DNA of 63,866 nucleotides, counting the filler, from Pseudovirgaria hyperparasitica (taxonomy: Eukaryota): assembly GCA_010093815.1 (NCBI GenBank). It is 5 parts of 5 records of this genome, joined end to end, with 100 filler letters (N's around TTAATTAATTAA, not from the genome) between each part and the next. Parts side by side here need not be neighbours in the genome. Positions count along the whole stretch, not along the records: positions 32,028 to 46,972 come from ML996620.1; positions 47,073 to 61,963 come from ML996621.1; 3 more parts are not named here. One strand, written 5' to 3'. Every line of letters starts with the position of its first letter. Position 1 is the first letter of the stretch. Position numbers and translations under genes: made by a program. Below are positions 38,467 through 50,829 of the stretch, piece by piece. The notes beneath the pieces were generated by a model that was not told where the DNA came from, did no database searches, and was given only the letters and a program-made list of their open reading frames with translations.

Positions 38467-39319
38467 AGCCGCTGCGTGAATTGTTGAGCAAGGCGTTGTG
38501 CGGAAAGTTCTTGCAAGCTTTCGCAATCTTACAAGACTTACTCTCCTTTGTCGTGTCTCCCACAGGCTGAATATGAAGAATATTGAGGCTTTGAAGGGTT
38601 GGCAGCGGAGTACTCTATTCTTTCGAGTGACTGCGGCGCGGTCGAATGGACAGTCTCGCATGAGCCATACGCTGGAGATATATGATATCCATACCAGTGG
38701 TCTTGACTCCAGCATGAAGCGCTCTGTTGCGAGCATGGTTGCGTGTTTGTCTCCATTGACCTACATAAGTCTGTCATGGTTTAGTAGCATAATTTGTGTG
38801 TCGTAGTATCGTTACTGACTGGGCTTGGTCTGCACTCGTGTTAGACTCGAGGAGAGGCTCCTGCGAGCCTGATAGCACATATATACTGTCCCAGTATCTG
38901 CAATGAGTCAAGAGGCTTTGGCAGAGCCATGGTTGAACCAGGCGACACTATAGACTGACATGGTTTGGCTCAGATAGAGATTACGAGATAGCTTAGCAGA
39001 ATTTATGGCTCAGCATGGCTTAGCTGATTGGAGAGCGGCGATGACTTGGTGGATCTCATGGCTCAGTATCGTGGGTTTAACGGCTCAGTATCTAGACGGC
39101 TCCACTATATGTAGCTAGGTGAGCAGTTTGGCAGCTCATCTTGCCAGTGGCCCGAGAATCAACCCTCCAGTCCGTATACTGTCACCTACCGAAACTCGCA
39201 GCTTAATCTTTATGGCCGTTCTATTTGTTCATTGCCACATGTTATAGACGACATATGTACGGAGGGGCTGGGGATTGCTGTTGGCAGGTCGCACTACCGG
39301 TCTGGTGCGACTTTGCACA

Positions 39320-39666
39320 GGGCTGAATGTAGTCTCAAAGGACCATGTCGTCAGACTTTCTTGCGACACGACAATTATCTAGCACATTTCCGCACTCATC
39401 TCGTTCAAGATACACGGGGACTGTTCTTCCCGTGACTGAGCAATACAGAACTCTACGCAGACCTGATAGCCCTGGTGCCGGTGTTAAGGTCTGGGGTTGA
39501 CACGGCAAACATGCACAGGAACCACCGAAACACTGGAGTGTCATGGGAGAATCTAGTAGAGCGTGTCAGAGAAGCAAAGGGTGCCCTAGTGGCTGATCAG
39601 ATGCTTGTTACCATCTTGCGAGCTTGCTTGAGACATGATGCTCGTGTAGCGCAGTCGCTTTGGTAG
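39320..39666 (+). pseudogene. Diverged paralog of the C2H2 protein with an internal stop
   Basis: ECSLKGPCRQTFLRHDNYLAHFRTHLVQDTRGLFFP*L...LRS...WENLVERVREAK...MLVTILRACLRHD aligns with 30963-31481. Confidence 0.6.
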
Positions 39667-40324
39667 GTGTGAATGATGCTGAATGGTCCGCATTCTAGGC
39701 GCAAATAACTACAAGCGGGACTAAACATGTCTGACAAGGGCCCAGGCACCTTTACTGACGCCCCTACCGTTTGAAACATTTACATGGAGTCCATTCCGGA
39801 GGCGCTCGAAGGATCACAGAATTCGCTACAGGTCGTCCACGGAAGATGGGAAAACTCTCTGAGATGGCGTTAGTGATGGGTAGTTATTAGCTTGCTGCAT
39901 CGGAGGTTACAACTCCGAAGTGCGTGGGACGGGTAGAGCTTAAAAATTATATAGGAAAAATTGCCTTACTCTAGTCTATAAGTCTACATAAATATTACTA
40001 TAAAGCTTCTTTTTAGAAGAACTAATTAATGTAGTCTTTTTTCTTAATTTTTTAATATAGAAAGTAAGAGACTATATAGAAGTATATATAGGTATAATTA
40101 AGAAACTTCCTAGAGTCTTAATTATGGAGTTATTAGAGAAAATGTGCTCGTTACGCGCACGACACGTGCCAAGAGTTGCGCTGAAAAAGTTACGGACGGA
40201 TGCCCCTGCCTATGTTTACAGGCACATCAAGCCATGCAGAATACTCTGCTTCTTCTCCATATCGAGCGATTTCCGGTTTGCGATTCCGACAACTTAAGGC
40301 TCCGCGGTCTACTGATTGACTGAC

Positions 40325-40446
40325 GATAGCAACAGCCAAGTACCAGTTCAATACGGGCTACTATCTTCTCGCAAGAACTGGAGTCAACTGCGGTGAAGCA
40401 CAGCCCCCATTCGTCCTTCTCACTGTACCTGGCGGGCATATGATCA
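40325..40446 (+). repeat. Fragment duplicated from 27365-27480 (C-terminus of the C2H2 family)
   Basis: Shares GCAACAGCCAAGTACCAGTTCAATACGGGCTACTATCTTCT and CTGTACCTGGCGGGCATATGATCAA. Confidence 0.8.
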
Positions 40447-40864
40447 ATTTGTGGCAGGTCTTTGGGCTCACTTAAGCTATACTCAGGTGCAACGACTTAT
40501 AGTTAGTACTCTCGATATAGCATTGAAAGACTTCTGTGCGTGTGCGAGATAGACAGATCGTCCGACACCTGAGATTCCGTTACCGGTCGTGCAAAGGAAG
40601 TCCTCAGCCGTCTGTTTGATCGTAAATCGAGAAGAATGCCACCTATATCCCGACGTAGTCTCTTTACAATGTATCTAACAAGCTAGTAGGCTGCCTTAGG
40701 TCTACATCCCATACATTGTTCCATGGCCTTAAGGTGCATCTAACTAAAGCTTGTAGCGGAGATTGATTGACAGCATATGTCTCTAGCTTTGTTAATGTAG
40801 ACTCATAACCTAGAGATGTGGCGATAGCTTACTTACTGCTTCTGCAGGCAAGGCGGCAGCTGTC

Positions 40865-41038
40865 TCATTTCTTCGTAAGACGGAAGTATCTGTTCCTAAT
40901 CGCGTCTTCGCTGCGAGGGCGGTTGGAGAACTTTTCGTTATACAACTTTACAAGCGCCCCCCAACTTATGCTCGGATTCTTCTCTAACATTGTGATTAGC
41001 CAAGCATTTTCTTCCTCTGTCCAAGCAAGTCCGGGCAT
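40865..41038 (-). CDS. 57-aa Myb/SANT-like domain ORF (absent from the supplied ORF track)
   Basis: MPGLAWTEEENAWLITMLEKNPSISWGALVKLYNEKFSNRPRSEDAIRNRYFRLTKK*, showing the WT.EE...L...W....RS...IRNRY Myb signature. Confidence 0.75.
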   Translation of the reverse strand: MPGLAWTEEENAWLITMLEKNPSISWGALVKLYNEKFSNRPRSEDAIRNRYFRLTKK

Positions 41039-41269
41039 GTCGAAAGTAATGAGTGCTTAGCAGGTGTTGTATACATAACACCTGCGGGTACTGTACAGTA
41101 GACTGAAGGCTTTATAGGTTAACCGAGTCGTCCGTTTTGATAATTTTACATACACATGCACATGTACGGCGCAATATGGTAGTGATGCTACATTAACGAT
41201 CAGGGCTTGTACTTGCATTCCAGCTTAATGTCGCTATCTACTAGAAGGCTGTCTGTCAGAGGAGGAGCT

Positions 41270-41360
41270 TTTGCTGAGCCATGATTTTGCTGAGCCATGA
41301 TTCTGCTGAGCCGTGATTCTGCTAAGCCATGATTCTGCTAAGCCAGGATTCTGCTGAGCA
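41270..41360 (+). repeat. Tandem array of six 16-nt units (T(T/C)TGCT(G/A)AGCCATGAT)
   Basis: Read directly from the sequence; about 230 bp upstream of the Myb-like ATG. Confidence 0.9.
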
Positions 41361-43584
41361 CTTCCTCCTATGCTCTTAGTAGTAGCAATCAATCTTATTC
41401 TAAAACTTCGCCTGGGGTAGCCCAGGACTTTTTGCACCTACCGCGTATAGACGAGTGCCTACGTGCCTTTCGCCAGCTTAATAGCGCGGCAGACATTAAT
41501 TAGGCTCGCCGATGGTAGGGGGTCGGAGCCTGGTAATCGTGCCCCCCGTTCACCACATTCACGCCCGCTGTGCCACTTCAAGCTCTGCTACGCCCCTCTC
41601 AAAGTCCATTTCCTACAGTCTGTGATTGGACTGTTCGACAAGTATTGCATGCGGTTGCTGTACGCCTGTGCATCATTCTCCACCAGTCGCTCTTGCAAGA
41701 CCTCGATTCGCGCTCACGTGCATTAATTTAGGCCAATGCACGGGCTATGCAGACATCCTTAAAGTCCCTCGTTTCCCCTCCCGTCGGCAGAGGAATTCCT
41801 CTGCACATACTCGCTACCTGGTAAGGCCGGTATGCATCTTCCTAACCATTCGTCTTCACTTATTCTCTTGTAGCTTACTCGAACTTGCAGCATGTCGCAT
41901 GCACAGACTACACATACGTCTTCCGACGGCAAAACGTACACCACTGACGGGAAATATGTACTCGCCGACAATCGGTGGGAAGCACGTACGGGCTGAGCTC
42001 TACCAATATTAGTAGTTCTGCCAGCCAGTCGCAAACAACACTTGGACAGAGAGTTGGCGACCAACCGGGCAGCGAGCTGTGCCATCTATTGATGTACTAC
42101 CAGCTGTACGAGCTGCCAAGAATGATCATCCTTGGACGAGGGCTTATGTGAATTCTTTCGACCAAGTGAGGTCGAACCGGGTAGCACATCTCCAATGGGC
42201 TAAACACATTGGAGGGTGCGATAAGATGCAGTCAATCCGGCTTGCAACTCTGTATCTCATGGCAAGTTATTACTAGCATCTAATGCATGCATTTTTGACT
42301 CTACTCTTATTCATTTTTGCGGAAGCGTTATAGAAAGGCCGCGAGATTAGAGAGCACACAGAAACGAGATATTAGTATCGATTGACAGAAATAGTTAATA
42401 TAGTGCGGCACCTATCATCCTTATAGTCCTCTTTTAATGTAATTAATGAATTGGTTACATTCAAAAGCGTCGGCCGGTTCTCTGGATAGCGGTAGGGCTA
42501 TATGGAACCCAGTGTCGATTCCCATGACAGTTCTCGTTATCTACGATAGTCTTTGAAGGAGACCAGCGGGTTATAGACTCTTGAATGAGCATACATTCCA
42601 TGGCTGCGAGACGCATTCGTTTGGTTTCATAACTCCGGCGAACTGTGTCCCACTAGTCAGTGCTAGGCAGCTCGGTACTCATGTCCGTCCTTAAGCATTG
42701 ATTGGAGGATGGAGTAGGATAAAGTCGTGAAAATAGCCCCTATATGAGCCACTACATTCACAGAGAAAGTGGTAGACACACGAGTGGGATGACCAGCAAA
42801 GAGATGATGAAATGTTTCCGAGAGCACATGATGGCGCATCACCCCCTTACTTTGGGTCATCTTCTGTTTGGGCAAGTCATGTATAAGAAGCATTCTCACT
42901 TTGTTCAAGCGAGTACACCCATCTTTCTATGAAGGGTAGTCTGGCGACTTCGTTGTTCGACATCGTCTCGTGCACGTTCAGCCTTACGAGGGCGGCACAG
43001 CCACGTTCTGTGACATAGTTAGGTCAATGTACGGCCAAAGTCAAATGTTGTCACGCGCGACGCGTCAAGCACCCCTTCACCAACACCACGGTGAACAAGT
43101 AGCCGTACAGTGACAACAACTACATGCGGCATCGAAGCAAACAGGAGCGCCGCGCAAACCCTTGACGTCTGTCCAGTTACGTACAACCGCGTTTGAAGAA
43201 CATCTCGCACCGCAGAATGGAGGACCAAAGGGAATGGTCCTCAGAAGGCTCAGGAGTATTTTGATCGGAAGCTGGACGAGCTGCTGCGGTTTTGGCACGA
43301 TAGATTTGAAGAGCAGAAGAGCGGTTTTCGCACGGGCCCTCTTCTAAGAACCTTTTTAAGATACGACTAGCGCTCGCTTCTCCCAGAAGCCGCGCCTGAC
43401 CAAGCTAAAGCATACAGTTGAATCTCCTCGCTCAAAGTGGATACTGGACTTTGGACAATCTTCATCACAAGTACAAAACACACAGGACTAAGACAATGCA
43501 GCAACATCACAGTTTGTCGTGTTCTCCGTTTCTGCGCTCTCCGCTTCTACAGCTCTTCAAAGTCAGATAGCCCTCGTTCGATCA

Positions 43585-44710
43585 CTATCGGATACATGGC
43601 GGTATATCCTATCTTCATTAGATTTAGACTAAGAAGCCGAATGCACCTTACTTTGACAATTATTGACCCCGGCCGAATCATTGCACCCCTACCAATTGTC
43701 ACTCCAGGCAACACTGTGACATTCGCTCCGATTGCGCAATTTTCCTGGATGTTGATTTCTCCTCCTTGGGCCTTACTCTGAAACCCTCGCCGGCGCTGAG
43801 GAGAATCCGATAGAAGATACCCAGCCAATGTCACATTCGGGCCGATGACAGTGTCATTTCCGATACAGACCTTGCATGCATCAAGTATGGTACAATTAGA
43901 ACCGATCATAACGTTGTCGCCGATATGGATGTTGTATCCATAATCACACGAAAACGGGTCTTCAATGATGACACCGTGCCCCATCGTGCCTTGCACTGAC
44001 TCTGGATGATCCGGTCCGTAACGGATATCCGATGCGCACAGTACGGAGCGGAAATGCTCTGTGATAAGCTCCGGACAAGAGTTGGCGTAGTCGAATTGCT
44101 TCAGTCGCTCCTTGCACAGCCTGTGATCAGTGACCAACTGCATTGCAAAGAATGAATAACTTTGACCGTTTAGCATCTTAGTCTTCTCTGATGGCTGGTA
44201 TAGTGGACTAGGCGGTAGATCCGGAGGCGAAAGTCCATAGGGTATCAGAGATTGTGATCTTTCGGTGGTAGCTTGAGGTAAGAGCGCTCGATTCCTATGG
44301 CGCGAGAACTGACCATATCCTTCACAATCCAGATTCAATTGTCGACAATTCTCGCCTAGGAGGTTAGCCGGGCATATGGGACCAACATAACCTGAAGCGT
44401 ACAGCAAGGTTTAGCCTCGTCACACTGATTCACTCTTAGCGAAAGATGCACTGTAGTTCGGGCTAGACATACCTTTTTCTTTCTCCTACGACAAGTAGCA
44501 CAGCCAGTCTTGGTGCGTGGATAGAACTGCAAAGCTTTGAGAACTATCAGGCAATGCAGCTTGTGTCTGACTTACTCTCTTTTTCCGCGGATGCCTGGAT
44601 GGATTCTTACCAGTGCGGCCAGGATTCTTGATGGCTGGACAATTCAGGTCGCAATGCTCGACTGGTACGTTCTGATCGTTGAGCATCGAGTGTATAGTGA
44701 TTCTTTCCAT
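43585..44710 (-). CDS. Zn(II)2Cys6 cluster fused to a maltose/galactoside O-acetyltransferase-like (hexapeptide LbH) domain; 4 introns
   Basis: Introns 44527-44575, 44425-44472, 44356-44402 and 43609-43651 give RTKTGCATCRRRKKKCDEAKPCCENCRQLNLDCEGY, then SEKTKMLNG...PFSCDYGYNIHIG...IGPNV...IGANVTVLPGVTIG...KDIPP. Confidence 0.85.
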
Positions 44711-44849
44711 GATAGACTCTGTAGCGTTAGGTCATTTAATTGAAAGACAGCGGAGATTGTGCAGGATTAAGCTGTTATACTGACATGTTGTTCGACAATG
44801 TTGGTTGGTACGCTAAGGACCGTATCTGCTGTGCCTCCTACCGTATGCC

Positions 44850-45110
44850 AAGGCGGGTCTCCTCCCTCCTAACTATTATCTTTCTATCTCATCGAAGATC
44901 GATCGTAGTAGAGGCGCAATAGCGTTCGTAGACGGCTACACAACCTGGATCACGGGCCCATCTGCCGCGGAGAACACCGACGTTCTACAGAGGACGGCTG
45001 TGGCCAAAGTAGAGCAGTGGACACGTCGGAGCGGCGCGGTGTTCGAAGCGGACAAGACAGTCTTCGTGCATTTTACCCGCACGGAGAAGAAATTATCATT
45101 GATAATCCAG
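44850..45110 (+). mobile_element. LINE (Tad1-like) reverse transcriptase fragment
   Basis: GAIAFVDGYTTWITGPSAAEN...WTRRSGAVFEADKTVFVHFTR resembles the F-V-D-D region of fungal LINE RTs. Confidence 0.7.
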
Positions 45111-46239
45111 ATAGACAGAGTTATAGACAAGTAGCACTTCGGCTAGTCTTGAAGTTGTTGATTATCTGAGACCAGTCTCTGTAGACTGGGCCCAAATATG
45201 ATTCTTTCTACTCTTGCAGGCTGTTGGGTGTTATGTCGAGCGCGTTGTGAAAGGAGTTTGATATTGTCTTGAGAGCGGCAGACGTCCAGGTTCCAGGTTC
45301 CTGCACTGTGCAAAGATTGTGGCTGCGGCGCAATAACAGACCGACGGCTTATGATCATCCGAATGAAATTAGATCCAGAAGAAACATCTACGGTACTCGT
45401 CACATGGGTACTCCCTTAAGCCTATAAGTGGCCGGGTACGGCGAAGTCTGTTGGTTGGTGGCACAATTGCACTAGGTCGGTTTGGTGGCCAAAAATTCCA
45501 ATAAGTAAGTCATGATGATATCACTTGAGGTAGCGACCGTCCATTCAGAATGTGTTCCCGTGCGAGTGATGAGCATGTGAGCGATGGATTCATACGACCA
45601 TCCGGATTCATGGATGGATCCGTCTGTAACTTTTTCAGCGCGACTCTTGGTACGTGGTTCATCCTTGACTTGCTAAACCACGTAGGTTCTTTCTAAAGTT
45701 GCGGACGTAGTCTAATACTAGTAGAGGATGGACGATGAAGTCAAGAGGATATACATTTCCGAGTACAGTTAGACCTGGCCACTCCATTACACGCAATAGA
45801 CTTTATCGCTATCCCGATTCGCTCGTCAAGCAGTCTGCATTTACCAGGACACAGATCCTATCTCTTGGGACCACGCTACATCTTACGTACAAAGATGTGT
45901 CTCGAACTCGATCAAAGCTGTCTACATTGATTCTTCGATTCCCTTTCTGCGGAATGTACTGAAAAACCATCGGACTATTCAGCACATTGATGTCAGGAGA
46001 CGACTAGGTAGTTCGAGTGCTTGGTACAAGCTATTCTGCCTCCAAGTGTCTCGCTCTTTTATGGTACTAGGCAAGTCATTGATGACTTGTTAATTACTGT
46101 ACATCCTTCAACCATTACAAAACTTGAACTAGGCTATATCCGATTATCCATAGTTACATGAGAAAGCTTGGCAGACGGTGCACACATGTCGCGCGCGCAC
46201 ACGAACCGTAGTATAAATGATATTTTTATCTATTACCGC

Positions 46240-46742
46240 CAGACTTCCTATCAAACAATCAGTTCAATTCTGTGCCTATATTTGAAGTTGAACTGAAGTA
46301 CTTCATATAGTCAAAATATAGCATATTTAAGGCTATATAGATAATTTTCGTATACCCTTTCGTACACCTAGACGTATACTTAGGTGTATTTGAGTACTAA
46401 GTCGTCTAAAACGTCTATATTCGTTAAGTAACTAATTAATACTCGGCGGAAGTTTCTAGTATAGACTCGGCGGTATAAGCTCGGCTCAGGATCCATGGAA
46501 TATCATTTTCCCGGTATGCCTTAATGTCTAACACCCTAGGTCACCTATAGCCTACCCATCTAAATATACGAATATACTAAGCATATATATACTTCAGTTC
46601 AGTTCAATTATTTGCAGTTCAATACTATCTTAAATTGAAGTTGAACTGAAGCGTCAGTTCTTGGCAAGAGGCCTCAACTGAACTGGACTGACCAGTTCTT
46701 GAGGCGGTCGAATTGAAGTTGAACTGACTGATAGGAAGTCTG
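46240..46742. mobile_element. ~500 bp non-autonomous element with 14-bp TIRs, probably hAT-derived
   Basis: CAGACTTCCTATCA...TGATAGGAAGTCTG, many internal CAGTTCAA/TTGAACTGA motifs, and TTACCGC on both flanks (offset by 4 nt on the right). Confidence 0.8.
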
Positions 46743-47072
46743 AAATTTACCGCCGTATTATCCCTCCATTATATATAAACCTATAATAATAATAATAATA
46801 TTGTATAACTAGGTAGAGTAGTACTCTACAGGCCTATGCCTCCTCTAGTCTAAGCTACTATATAAGAAGAAACCCAAGAGGGGAAAACTTCCTTATGTCG
46901 ATAATTACATCTCGTTAAACCTTTGTTTCTTCTAAAGTATACAGCCATAGGGTACACCTATTGGCCTACAGCNNNNNNNNNNNNNNNNNNNNNNNNNNNN
47001 NNNNNNNNNNNNNNNNTTAATTAATTAANNNNNNNNNNNNNNNNNNNNNNNNNNNNNNNNNNNNNNNNNNNN

Positions 47073-50000
47073 ATAACGATTTCTTATAATCTTTACGCCG
47101 CGATAGAGGATTAGCTTTATTCTCTCTTCTAGCTTTATATAAGATTTTAAAGTTAAATATTAATATCTACTTAGCCTAACGTACTTATCGGCGATTAAGG
47201 ACCTTAGTTAATATAAAGTAATATAGATTTACGTAATCTAATAATAATTCGATCTAATATACGGAGCCTTCTAAATAATATTACTATTACTTAAAACTCT
47301 TAATAATTATAAGTAGTTTCTAGTCGTACGTGTTATAACGCGTCTCTATATCTACTATTTTATAGAAAAAGAAAGTAACCGGGTGCTATTATACCTTATC
47401 TTTCGTATCTTTATACGGTTAACTAATAATTCTAGTAATTATAAATCCTAACACGTTAGTTTCGACCCGAATATACTTCTTAGAATTAAAATACCTAAGA
47501 ATCGGCGTAGTTATAAAGTAATTCTTTAACGATCGGAACGCATCTCGCGCTTCCGGCGTTAACTATATCTCGACCGACTTAGCTTTACGCTATACTCGCC
47601 TATCTATAGGGGTTTTACTACTATTCTCTATAAGTTTATTAAGCGGCGCCATAATTCGTAAGAAGCCTATAATAAATTTACGATAATAGTTTACGAAACC
47701 TATAAATATTCTAATTTAACGTATAGTAGTAGGTTCTAGCTATTCTATAATAGTCTTTACACGCTCCGGCTTCATTTTTAGGCCGCTATATATTATAATA
47801 AAGCCGAGAAACCTAACTTCTTATTAGTAAAACTCGCATTTAGATAATTTTACGTAGAGTTTATACTACCTTAGACGATTTAGTACCGATTTCACGTGTT
47901 CTTTATAATTCTATATACTATTAGAGTAAATTAGTATATTATAAAGATAAACTACGTAAATCACGTTAAGTAATTCTACGAGTATAGTATTAATATATCC
48001 TTAAAACGCTTCTGGCGCATTTATTAGCCCGAATAGTATAATAGTATACTTAAAATAACTATATCTAGTCCGAAATGTGGTTTTCTACTTATCTCCGCAA
48101 CGAATTTAAAGCCGGTAATATATATCTCGTAAATCTAGCTTCGTAAAGTACTTTACCTTTATTAATTAGTCTAAAGATTTACTAACTAGTGGTAATAGAT
48201 AACGATTCTTCTTAGTTACCGTATTTAGTACCCAATAGTTAACGTATAGACGTAAACTTCCGTCTTTCTTCTTTACAAAGAGAATAGGTATACCGGCCGA
48301 TAACGTACTACGATGTATCTAGCCTCTTTTAAGGTATTCTTTAATATATTTATAAAGAACTTTAAGTTCTAGTCTTAAAAGTAGGTAAAGTAGGCTATAA
48401 GGGACGTCTACTCCCTCTTCGAGCTCGATCTTTAGCTTATACGGCCCGTGATTAGGGAGAAGTAACGTATCTCCTACCGAAAACACATCCGTATACTACG
48501 AATATATATTAGATAGCGTGTCTTCGCCCCGATTATTACTATCGTTCTTATCTTTATCGACGATTAATAAGGATATAAGATAGATTAGTAATAATTAGGT
48601 CCGTACGGCGAGGTTCCATGCCTTCTTACTAATAGTTATAACTTACTAGTATAATTTACTATAGTATTATTAGAACGTTAATGTCTCCTTCTAAAAATCG
48701 AGAATAGAGTTTAGACGTCTAAGCTAAGGTATCCCTAGAATTATATTCTATTAGCTAATATTAGCCACGATAAATTTATTAGATATCTACTATTTTATTA
48801 TCTTCGAGTCATGAACTTCGTAATTTATTATAGCTTTACCTAAAGCTCTAACTTTATATCTATTAACTACGATAGTTCGGCTAACTTTACTAAGATCGTA
48901 TGATAATCTATACTCCTTTACGAGAATTGACGAAATATAGTTATCTTCTATACTAGTGTCTACAAGGGCCTATATAGTTTTATTACTATTTACTATAGGT
49001 AATAATACTTTTAGTAATATTAGGTCTTTACTTGCCGGAAGGCGCTACGGCTTCTTCTAAGTATATATAATTTAGCTAAGAACGCGGTTAGGTCTCGTAT
49101 ACTAGTCTATTCTTTTTTCGGATTCTTATAGTTAGGCGAAATATATTCTATTTCTCTATACTTATAGTAACGAAGTGCGCTATAATCCTACTATTTTACG
49201 ATAGGCGTTATATTTAAGTCTATACCTTATTCTTTTCCGTGTTAAGAAGCACCGCCTTAATTATTTTGGTATCCTCTTAACGCGTTTCTACCCTAATTTA
49301 TACTCTTCTAGCGCTAATTATAGTAAGGTTACTCTTAATCGAATGTATTCGATTAACCTCGTTTCTAACCCGTATAGAGTTCGTCGGTTTTACCTAGAGA
49401 GCCGCGTTCCTTAAGAATACGGTAGTATTTATTAGCTTTCTTCTCTAATTTGTATAGATAGTTAAAACTTAATAATACTATTCCTAGTCTTTCGCGGATT
49501 AACGGAAGTAGTACTTCGCGAAACTAGAATATATAAATATTTTTCTATAGCGTAGGGATATTATTCTATAGGTTTTAGAGGTATTATAGTAGTTAAGTAG
49601 ATATCTAGTTCGGTCGTTATACCACGCTTCTTAACTTAGATAGTACCTTTCTTTCACGTTCTCTATCCGTTCCGAGGGTATTTAGTATAAATATAGCTAA
49701 ATATTCCTAGGTTATCGTAGATAGTGGCTGTACTTCCTTCTATCTATCCTATTAATCGCGGGATTATAAGTCTAGGTATTATTCTCCAAATAAAATGCGT
49801 TATACTTTAGTAGAAAAGAGTAGAGGGTTATTAAGGAAGTACTTTTCGTAGTCTCTCTTCTAGTCTTTCTACTCCTTTTAGTTCTTCTCTATAAATATAG
49901 TTAGGTCTTTAGATTTTAGTATACCTAGGGAAGAAGTAGGGTAAATCGGTAACGAAGCGGCCGGGTATATAGTAGATTATTATAACTCTAATGGTAGGTA

Positions 50001-50800
50001 AACTAATTCCGCCTGAATTAGTATAGAAAGTCGTCTACCTACTATCGTTCGGCGTAGTTCTTTAAGAGACTCCTTAAGTTCTCGTCTCTTTGCGAGGAGT
50101 TTCGCGCGTTCTACCTATTCTTTAAGAGTTTAAATCTCTCGAGCCTAATTCGCGACGTATTCCTAAAGTTCGGCAATAGTTTATTATAATACCTCGCGTG
50201 GCTCCGCCACGACTCGTTATCCGGCTTTATATTATTAGAAGTTACTCGGTATATCTACTATTTCTTCGTCTAAAAGCTCCGTAATTTAGTCTAATATTTC
50301 TACTTCTTAGTTAGAAACGGCTAGGATTAATACTAATTATAGAGGATCCCTATTATTTAATATAGTGTTACTTATCCCTATAGTAGATCGTGTCGACCTT
50401 CTCGGTTCTAGTTAGACTATCTTAACTATAGTACTATATAGGGAGTAATTCGAATATAAGAATAGGGTTATTAGATAGTAGTATAGTTAGATAGAATAAT
50501 AGGGTGTATTCTATTATAGAACGAATTACTACTAAACCCTTTCGGTAGGAATCTAAGAGTATATATATAAAGGGACGCCGATCTATCTAGTACGTAACTA
50601 TTTACCGCCCTTCACGTTACCTTCTAACCCTGTTAGCTAAGGTACGTGTAGGTTAGGTTCTATCTAAGGCTAAGTTCTAATAGATATCTTTAAATAATTC
50701 TTATCTTACCTATATTAATAATATATTAAAAGCTATTAATCTACTCTAACCTAGGCCGGGCTTAAATAATCTAGCTATATATTATTATAGTTATTACTTT
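47073..50800 (-). mobile_element. RIP-degraded Ty3/Gypsy retrotransposon (gag-PR-RT-RNaseH), truncated at a gap
   Basis: Minus-strand relics LYVKLSKCEF, FLGF and [18 protein letters not shown]; abundant TAA/TAG stops and TpA excess. The right boundary is approximate. Confidence 0.85.
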
Positions 50801-50829
50801 GTATTAGCGTACGTATATAGTAGTACTAA

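Noticed and set aside
41460..43350. Scattered short ORFs that might form a degraded gene
   Set aside because: No consistent frame, splice model or recognisable motif.
1..46240. Starship captain (DUF3435 tyrosine recombinase) or spore-killer gene
   Set aside because: No ORF or relic with recognisable motifs was found by eye; an HMM search is needed to exclude a degraded copy.
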